DNA from: Polyangiaceae bacterium
Lineage (GTDB): Bacteria > Myxococcota_A > Polyangia > Polyangiales > Polyangiaceae
NCBI GenBank assembly: GCA_965222375.1
Contig: CBDCTZ010000011.1
Location: 288,001-352,000 of the forward strand
DNA: 64,000 nucleotides
Direction of reading: 5' to 3'
Shown here: positions 57,236-64,000 of the stretch, in pieces
Position numbering within the stretch: the first letter of the stretch is position 1
How the letters are laid out: the number at the start of each line of letters is the position of its first letter
Notes under the pieces: generated by a model
Told to the model about the DNA's origin: nothing
What the model saw: the letters and a program-made list of their open reading frames with translations, nothing else
Databases searched by the model: none
Made by a program: the position numbers and the translations under genes

Positions 57236-59212
57236 ATGGTTGACGTTTGCCTCATCTCGATGCCCTTCGCCGCCATCGAGAATCCGTCCCTCGCCCTGGG
57301 CATCCTGAAGGCCAGCTTGGACAAGACGAAGCTCGAGGCCATCTGTCTCTATCCTGGCTTTGAGTTGGCCGAGCAGATAGGACCCGAGGTCTACCAGGCC
57401 ATCGCAGCATCACGCCCAGAGATGCATGCTGGAGATTGGGTCTTCTCAGGCGCTGCTTTCCCTGGACACGACGCCGCGCGAAGTCAGTTCCTCGATCGCC
57501 AACGGAGCGGTCTCGATGCCTCGACCCTCGAGCGGGTGGCGGAGCAAGCGAGCGCGTTCGTGGCCCGCGTGGCGAAGAAGGTCGTCGATACTGGGGCACG
57601 CATCGTCGGCTGTACGTCCGTTTTCCAGCAACATGTCGCCTCTCTGGCCTTGCTCCGGGCAGTCAAGGAACTCGACCCAAACGTGGTCACCATGATCGGC
57701 GGGGGGAACTGCGAAGCGGAGATGGGAGTGACCACTCTGCAGCAATTCGAATGGGTCGACTTCGTCGTTTCCGGTGAATCGGACCTCCTGTTCGCGGAGC
57801 TCTGCGAGACCATCATCCAGCACGGCCCGGCAGCTGCGTCGCGTCTCGGGCTTGTGGGCGTGCTTGGGCCAGAGCAGCGGCAAAAAAAGAGCCTCCTGGT
57901 GCTGGCAGAGCCCGCCGACGTCCCGCGGGCCGTCGTTGACGATCTCGACCAGGTACCGATGCCCGACTTCGATGACTACTTCGAAGAGCTGTCGCGCTCG
58001 CCGATCAACAAGGCCATCACTCCAGGTCTGCTCATGGAAACGTCGCGCGGCTGCTGGTGGGGACAGATCAAGCATTGCACTTTCTGCGGATTCAACGGCG
58101 AATCGATGCCCTTCCGCGCGAAGTCCAGCTCGCGAGTCCTCGAGGAACTCGCCACCCTCTCGCAGCGATACGGCGTCGACCGAATTCAGATGGTCGACAA
58201 CATCCTATCGCGGGATCATCTCAAGACCGTCATTGTCGAACTCGCCGCGGCGCGTGCCCCATACAAGCTATTTTACCACACGAAAGCGAACCTGAGCCGC
58301 GACGAAATTAGCGTCCTGTCAGACGCGGGTGTTCGGTTCATCCAGCCGGGGCTCGAGGGTATGCATCGAGGTGCCCTCGACCTGCTCGCCAAGGGCACCA
58401 GCCCGGTGGTGAACGTGCAATCCCTCAAGTGGGCCCGCGAGCACGGCGTGCGGATGATGTGGAACATGCTCACCGGCCTTCCAGGAGAAGAGCTCGAATG
58501 GTATCGCGAGACGGCAGCCTGGCTACCGCTGATCTCCCACCTGCAACCGCCTGCTGGCGGTATGGCGCGGGTCCGCTTCGACCGATTCAGTCCCTATTAT
58601 CTCCGATCAGAGGAGCACGGTCTGGAGCTTCGACCGTACCCTGCCATCGGTCTCGTCTATCCTTCCGTACCGGAGACTGCGCTGTCCGATCTCGCGTACT
58701 TCTTTTTCGATCGATCGCACGCGGCCAGCACCCTACGTAAAGCCGACACGGCCGAGGTGCAGGCGTTACGTCATGCGCTTGGGAGTTGGATCGACTTGTG
58801 GCGCACGGAGCGGCACGGAAAAGAACTGCCAGCTCTCGAGCGGCGTCGCGTCGGTGACGCCGTGCTCGTCACGGATACTCGACCGATTGCGACTGCCCGT
58901 GAGCACACGCTGGAGGGCTTGGACGCCGTGGTCTTGGATCTCTGCGACGAAGCCCCATCGTTTAGTGGCTTGCTCCGGCGACTCAAACAAGGCCAGCCCG
59001 ACGTCGAGCCCACTGCCGTCCGTGCGAGCCTAAGTGCCTTGACGGCGGCCAAGCTCGTCCTCGAGCTCGATGAGCGCCTCGTCGGGCTGCCCGTGCGACC
59101 CGGCCGTGACATTCCTGCGCGAAGCGAGTTCCCGGGTGGCGTGTTCCAGGAGTGGAAGCTCGCCCCGACTGCCGCCGAAGTGCCGTGGGAACTTAGCGCC
59201 ACCTCCGCGTGA
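57236..59212 (+). CDS. RiPP maturation B12-dependent radical SAM C-methyltransferase (TIGR03975-like)
   Basis: LISMPF...PSLALGILKA, VGCTSVFQQ, GGGNCE, ETSRGCWWGQIKHCTFCG (CX7CX2C), IQPGLE, HLQPP, DRFSPY; RRE-like C-terminus. Confidence 0.92.
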   Translation: MVDVCLISMPFAAIENPSLALGILKASLDKTKLEAICLYPGFELAEQIGPEVYQAIAASRPEMHAGDWVFSGAAFPGHDAARSQFLDRQRSGLDASTLERVAEQASAFVARVAKKVVDTGARIVGCTSVFQQHVASLALLRAVKELDPNVVTMIGGGNCEAEMGVTTLQQFEWVDFVVSGESDLLFAELCETIIQHGPAAASRLGLVGVLGPEQRQKKSLLVLAEPADVPRAVVDDLDQVPMPDFDDYFEELSRSPINKAITPGLLMETSRGCWWGQIKHCTFCGFNGESMPFRAKSSSRVLEELATLSQRYGVDRIQMVDNILSRDHLKTVIVELAAARAPYKLFYHTKANLSRDEISVLSDAGVRFIQPGLEGMHRGALDLLAKGTSPVVNVQSLKWAREHGVRMMWNMLTGLPGEELEWYRETAAWLPLISHLQPPAGGMARVRFDRFSPYYLRSEEHGLELRPYPAIGLVYPSVPETALSDLAYFFFDRSHAASTLRKADTAEVQALRHALGSWIDLWRTERHGKELPALERRRVGDAVLVTDTRPIATAREHTLEGLDAVVLDLCDEAPSFSGLLRRLKQGQPDVEPTAVRASLSALTAAKLVLELDERLVGLPVRPGRDIPARSEFPGGVFQEWKLAPTAAEVPWELSATSA

Positions 59213-59350
59213 CGCGGAAAGGCGCTCGAGGTGTGTTGAGACAATGGTGGACCAACCCCAGAGCATGCGTCCTAGGGGTCGGCCGTTGCCGAACTTCTTC
59301 TCCAGCGCTTGCCCTACGTTTCCTCCACCTGTGGCCGTGCGGCTGACGTT

Positions 59351-60664
59351 TTAGAACTTTACGTTCACCGGTGAAAGCTGCGGCGTCTTGCTACCATCCC
59401 CCAGTTGGCCATTGTCGTTCTTGCCCCAACACTTCATTCCGCCGGAACTGGTCACGGCGCAGCTGTGCGTGCCGCCAGGTGCTAGATTCGCAATCCCAGC
59501 GCCGAGCCCAGAGACGGGGATGGGCTTGAGACGCTGCATCTTGGTGCCGTCCCCCAATTGGCCGTCGCTGTTGTCGCCCCAACACCAAGCGGCGCCCGTC
59601 GCATCGACTGCGCAGCTTCGGCTGTGGCCAGCCGCCACCCGAGAAACTCCCGAGCCAAGTCCAGAGACGTCAGTGGGCACGGCGCGATCCATCTTGGTGC
59701 CGTCCCCCAATTGGCCGTTTTCGTTGAACCCCCAGCACTTGACCGCACCAGTTGCGGCCAATGAACAGGTATGCGCATCCCCCGCAGATATCGCGGTCAC
59801 ACCGCTACTCAGCCCGGAAACGTCTACCAGAGTCTTGCGCGGGAGCTTCGTGCCATCACCAAGCTGACCTGAACCATTGCTTCCCCAACACTTCACCGCT
59901 CCCGCTTTTGTGAGAGCGCAGGTATGATTCGCACCAGCTGAAACCGCAACGGCACCGGAACTCAGACCGAACACACTGACCGGTTTGATGCCCTCCGTCG
60001 TTGTTCCGTCACCTAGTTGGCCGGAATCGTTGTTGCCCCAGCACTTGACGCCGCCAGAGGAAGTGACGGCGCAGGCGTGAATGAAACCCGCAGCGATGGC
60101 GACGGCGCCAGAGCTCAGTCCAGAAACCGCTACCGGTGTCGGCTGCTTGGTCTTGGTGCCGTCTCCCAACTCGGCGTGGTCGTTCTTGCCCCAACACTTG
60201 ACCGCCCCTGCGGTGGTGAGCGCGCAGGTGAAGTGGAAACCGGCAGCAATGGCGCTAACCCCGGAACCGAGGCCTGCGACGTCGTCCGGTTGCGTTGGCC
60301 ATGCCTGGGATGCATTGCCGACCTGCCCGTAGAGGTTGAAACCCCAACACTTGACGCCACCGGAGGAAGTCAGCGCGCAGGTGTGAATTCCCCCAGCTGT
60401 TGCGGCGGCCACGACAATGCCCGAGCCACCCGCGCCGCCACTTCCGCTTGAACCGGCGACTCCCCCCCCTCCGCCAGCACCACCGCTACTCGACCCGCCG
60501 CTGGCGCCGGAGCTTCCCCCAGTTTCGCCACCGCCTCCGCTGCCGGCGGTGCCGCCACTGCCAGCCCCGCCTGAACTGGTGTTCGCAGGCGCGCTCTCGT
60601 CACTGCCGCACGCCACAGTCGCGATCAGAAGGAGCGCAAAGGCTCCATGCTCACACCTCATCAC
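59351..60664 (-). CDS. RCC1-repeat beta-propeller lipoprotein
   Basis: Lipobox ATVAC, Gly linker, seven HTCAL...VKCWGxNxxGQLGDG repeats. Confidence 0.92.
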   Translation of the reverse strand: MMRCEHGAFALLLIATVACGSDESAPANTSSGGAGSGGTAGSGGGGETGGSSGASGGSSSGGAGGGGGVAGSSGSGGAGGSGIVVAAATAGGIHTCALTSSGGVKCWGFNLYGQVGNASQAWPTQPDDVAGLGSGVSAIAAGFHFTCALTTAGAVKCWGKNDHAELGDGTKTKQPTPVAVSGLSSGAVAIAAGFIHACAVTSSGGVKCWGNNDSGQLGDGTTTEGIKPVSVFGLSSGAVAVSAGANHTCALTKAGAVKCWGSNGSGQLGDGTKLPRKTLVDVSGLSSGVTAISAGDAHTCSLAATGAVKCWGFNENGQLGDGTKMDRAVPTDVSGLGSGVSRVAAGHSRSCAVDATGAAWCWGDNSDGQLGDGTKMQRLKPIPVSGLGAGIANLAPGGTHSCAVTSSGGMKCWGKNDNGQLGDGSKTPQLSPVNVKF

Positions 60665-60837
60665 AGATTCTCCTTTGCTCAGTCTACCCGTGAGTAAACC
60701 TGGACGGTAGCGCTATGTGCCGCTGCGAAGCCACTCGTCCCAGCGCTACGCAGCTCCCGAGCTGCCCTCAGCGTCCCACTCGTGCCGCCCGAACCGCCGG
60801 CTCCCGATGCGCCGCCGGCGCATCATCGCGTCAACGC

Positions 60838-61581
60838 TCAAAACGAGTAGCCCACTTGAGCGATGAAACGGAGTGGGAAATCCAACCAAGTGTCGCCGTC
60901 GCCATCGCGAGACGAGGCGCGAGCCAGCATGATGCCACCGCCAAATCCGAGAACGAAGCCGCTCGATTTGCCAGGCGGGGAGAACACCATCTGTCCACCC
61001 AGGTCGACGCCAACCTGAAGCGTGCGTTCGCGGTCGCCAGTGTCCAGATAGTGAATGAAGTCTCCGATGACCGTAGGACCAATGTAGAAACCCGCGGCCT
61101 TTTCGTGGCTGGTGTAGTAGCGAAAGCCCAGTTCGGCGCCGTACGCTTCGAAATCCTTGAAGCAAAGAACGCAGTCTCCCGTGCGATTCCGATCCCGCGG
61201 CCTTCGATCCGAACGCCAATAGTGGGGTGCGACCAGAAACGCGAAGTGCGCGGAGGGCATGTACTCGACATCAACGCTGTAGCGCTCCAGCAGCAGCCCG
61301 AGCGGATTGAACTTGATATACCACTGCGGAAAGGACGGAGCCTTCGGCGCTGCCCTTTCTGGCGGCCAAACGTATGGGGTTGCAGCAGCGTACGCCGGCG
61401 CTGGCGGCGGATAGACCGGTGCCGATTGTGAATAACCGGGCGCTGCTGGTGGATGGGCGGCTACTGGCGGATGAGCGGCTGCTGGTGGGGATTGCGCCGA
61501 CGCTGCAGGGGGATGAGGCGATGTTGAAGAACCGGCTGGTGTGGTCGCTTGGGCGAAAATCAAGGCAACCGAAGGGAGCAT
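60838..61581 (-). CDS. Pro-rich secreted protein with outer-membrane beta-barrel (DUF3575-like)
   Basis: IKFNPLGLL, ELGFRYY, GFYIGP, terminal QVGYSF. Confidence 0.7.
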   Translation of the reverse strand: MLPSVALIFAQATTPAGSSTSPHPPAASAQSPPAAAHPPVAAHPPAAPGYSQSAPVYPPPAPAYAAATPYVWPPERAAPKAPSFPQWYIKFNPLGLLLERYSVDVEYMPSAHFAFLVAPHYWRSDRRPRDRNRTGDCVLCFKDFEAYGAELGFRYYTSHEKAAGFYIGPTVIGDFIHYLDTGDRERTLQVGVDLGGQMVFSPPGKSSGFVLGFGGGIMLARASSRDGDGDTWLDFPLRFIAQVGYSF

Positions 61582-61811
61582 TGAAAGTAGTTTGTGCAAG
61601 CGCTGTGCCTCGATTCAGCGCAGCGAACACCGGAGGATCCCACAGCGAGACGAGCGCCTGTGCCGGGAGGTAACGGTTGCTGAATGCAAGGCGACCACTT
61701 TGTGGCTTCTTCGCTACACCAGTGGTCCGCGCGCCTGTGGCCCACGGCAACGGGGTGCTAGCTCTCACGTGAGGCGAACTCGGCTTCCGTGCGCAGTTCG
61801 TGGGCGAGTGG

Positions 61812-62570
61812 CTATTCGAGCAACGCTGCGGCGCGCACTTGCTCGAAGAGTAACGCGTGGCCTGCGTCGTTGATGTGCACGCCGTCCCCGGAGTCGTAGG
61901 CCGCAAGCACGCGGCCGTCGCTGTCGGCGATCGGTGTCCAGAAGTCAATCGTGCGGGGCGCGTAGCGTTGAGTGATCACGTCCCGCATCTGCGCGAGCGC
62001 GCTGCGATCCTGGTCGTCTTTGAAATTGCGTGGCTGCGTCGTGGCGATCCAGATGGGCACCTTGGCCTCGGCCGCGGCCGCGACGACGCGGTCGAAGTTT
62101 TCGACTTGCTCGGCCTGGGAATAACCTCTGTCCTGATCGTTACTGGGCAGGTTCACGACGATCGCGGTCGGGCGCGTCTCCAGCGCTGCGGTGATGTTCT
62201 TGCCGACGGCCGGAATGGTACGGTCGCTGGGTGGTTCGAAGTCGCTTGGCTGAACGGCGTAGGTCGTGAAGCCGGGGAAAGCCAGGTTGACCAGCTCCGC
62301 GCCGGGCCGCTCAGCCTCGAGATGGACTCGGTAGCGCTCGACCCAGCTGTTGCTCGCGTCCTTGGGTCCCACCCCAAAGGCAGTGGACGAACCCAACACC
62401 GTGATCCGGGGCGGCCCTCGTTCGACCTCTGCATCCTCGCCGCCGCATCCCACGCAGACGACGAACAACAGACGGGCGGGCCGCCCTGCGCGCCAACGCG
62501 CTGCGCGGAATACCCCGAACGTGTCCACGCTGCGGAGCCTAGCACGCGCACGCTCACGTTTACGGGCCAC
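61812..62570 (-). CDS. SGNH/GDSL hydrolase lipoprotein
   Basis: LGSST, NLAFPG, PSND, DGVHIN. Start uncertain. Confidence 0.88.
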   Translation of the reverse strand: MARKRERARARLRSVDTFGVFRAARWRAGRPARLLFVVCVGCGGEDAEVERGPPRITVLGSSTAFGVGPKDASNSWVERYRVHLEAERPGAELVNLAFPGFTTYAVQPSDFEPPSDRTIPAVGKNITAALETRPTAIVVNLPSNDQDRGYSQAEQVENFDRVVAAAAEAKVPIWIATTQPRNFKDDQDRSALAQMRDVITQRYAPRTIDFWTPIADSDGRVLAAYDSGDGVHINDAGHALLFEQVRAAALLE

Positions 62571-62636
62571 GCCTATGTGGGACGTCTACGCCTACGGGAA
62601 CGGGAGACGGGAACACGTTGACGGGCGTCGGGCAGT

Positions 62637-63290
62637 CTATGGGGACTTGGGCTTGCAGTCGTGGTCGAAGTGGTGGCTCGAGCCGCCGCCAGGCGCGAGC
62701 TCGTAGCCGTCTACGCCATAGCTGATGTCGGCCAGTGCTTTCGCTGACGCTCCCGCCGCGATCGCCTGCTTCCACAGCTCGGCCGCGCTACATTTGGGGG
62801 CCAGATTTGGCGCCTTCGCGTAAACGTCCTTGGGTGCCGGGGCCTTGACGTTCACGCCGGAGAGCTTCTCGGTAACGACTTCGAAGATCCGTGCCGTGGC
62901 GCCTTTCGCCATCGGCGCTGGGTTACGTCCCATGCCCAGATGCCGCTCTTTGGATTTCCTGTTGCTGGCCCCCCGGGAGGAGAGCACGATCCGTGGCTTC
63001 TTGACCTCGACCGTGACGTGGAAGTAATCACCACCTGCGTTGGTCACGAAGGTGTGATCCACCCGGGCTCTGCCGTCGCTGCTGAAGGGGATCTTACCGT
63101 TGGCAGGCACCCGCAACGCCGTCATTTTGACCAGCTTCGGCGCCTTCCCGGCGTAGGCCGCCACCTTCGGAACCAAAGCGAAGGGTGTGTACGCTGCCAA
63201 ATCCCCGGGAGGCTTCGTTGTGTTGGCCATGTCCGTTACGCAACCACATAGGGCCACCGCTGACAGCCCTACCAACCCCAACCTCCACAT
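62637..63290 (-). CDS. Hypothetical lipoprotein
   Basis: Lipobox VALCGC; no family recognised. Confidence 0.65.
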   Translation of the reverse strand: MWRLGLVGLSAVALCGCVTDMANTTKPPGDLAAYTPFALVPKVAAYAGKAPKLVKMTALRVPANGKIPFSSDGRARVDHTFVTNAGGDYFHVTVEVKKPRIVLSSRGASNRKSKERHLGMGRNPAPMAKGATARIFEVVTEKLSGVNVKAPAPKDVYAKAPNLAPKCSAAELWKQAIAAGASAKALADISYGVDGYELAPGGGSSHHFDHDCKPKSP

Positions 63291-63466
63291 TAACCGGAGG
63301 CTAGCATGGATCAGTCCCCGCCTGACGTGGATGGTGGGCGTCTCCTGAGGCTAGACCAGCGGCGGCGTATCGCCGCCCGAACGCATGACTTGTACATCAA
63401 CGCGCCCTAGGGCCGACCGGTCACGTGGAACTGCGTCGTGGTGCGCCGTGGCGCTCTGAACTCGGT

Positions 63467-64000
63467 TCATAGCGGCGCAATTCGAGACGTGTAGATCTTG
63501 ATTTCGTCGAAGTCGGCATCCGCGGCGGTCGCGGGAGAGGCGCTCGAGCCCAGTTGGATCTTGCTGCCGGAGCCGTTGATGGCAGGTACCATGCCGAGTG
63601 TCTTTGCGTCGTCTTTCTTTCCGCTGACGTAAATGTTGATCTTGTCGTTGGGGTCGTTGAAGTCCCAGTTGATCACGATGTGGGTCCAAACCCCCTGGCT
63701 CAGCGTGTAGCTGCCCCCATCGATAGCTTTGCCGATCTCTGCCGGCGGCAAGCTCGTATTGAACCGGACCGCCAAGCTTGCGTTGTCCTGCTTGGTGACG
63801 CTCATGCCGCCGCCCGGAGTTCCGAGCCCATCGGTCACAATCAATTCTCGCAGCCCGGGGTCGGTGTGATCCCAGTTGGGCCGCAGCCAAAACGCGATGG
63901 TTCCCTTCGTGAAATCCAGCACAGCTGCAGGCCAGACCGCGAAAGTCCCCTGCAAGCCAGTCAGGGCCAGGGACTTTCCGCACTTACCACCAGTCTGAAA
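63467..64000 (-). CDS. LamG/concanavalin A-like domain protein (partial, 5' end outside the window)
   Basis: GKCGKSL, GTIAFWLRP, WTHIV, IYVSG, FDEIKIY; frame open to the window edge. Confidence 0.8.
   Translation of the reverse strand, partial: FQTGGKCGKSLALTGLQGTFAVWPAAVLDFTKGTIAFWLRPNWDHTDPGLRELIVTDGLGTPGGGMSVTKQDNASLAVRFNTSLPPAEIGKAIDGGSYTLSQGVWTHIVINWDFNDPNDKINIYVSGKKDDAKTLGMVPAINGSGSKIQLGSSASPATAADADFDEIKIYTSRIAPL

Noticed and set aside
59360..60400. Regular ~155-nt periodic repeats
   Set aside because: These are coding RCC1 blades, not a DNA repeat array.
1..64000. Many Arg/Ala/Pro-rich overlapping ORFs in the six-frame track
   Set aside because: Typical GC-rich shadow frames overlapping better-supported genes and lacking motifs.

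Overview
GC-rich bacterial DNA that looks myxobacterial (Myxococcota, probably Polyangiales). That is inferred from many Gly/Ser-linker and Cys-rich lipoproteins, two membrane Ser/Thr kinases and a MYXO-CTERM protein. No rRNA, tRNA or CRISPR array was recognised. The main feature is a ~13.7 kb RiPP (ribosomally made, post-translationally modified peptide) cluster at 45560-59212. It encodes two Nif11-leader precursors with Cys-free cationic cores, a YcaO plus an extended TfuA (thioamidation pair), a cNMP-domain protein, an NHLP-type HlyD/PCAT/ABC export triad, an M29-like metallopeptidase and a B12-dependent radical SAM C-methyltransferase. I know of no characterised product with this combination. 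Other observations: a complete 3.2 kb IS21 element (GCTAT target duplication, two accessory ORFs) splitting a MYXO-CTERM gene; a bipartite intergenic repeat present at least 6 times; a truncated 5'-nucleotidase beside an HhH-phosphatase; a lipoprotein with an AAC4-like domain; and a TetR/decarboxylase pair sharing a palindromic operator. All family assignments come from motif recognition by eye, not database searches.
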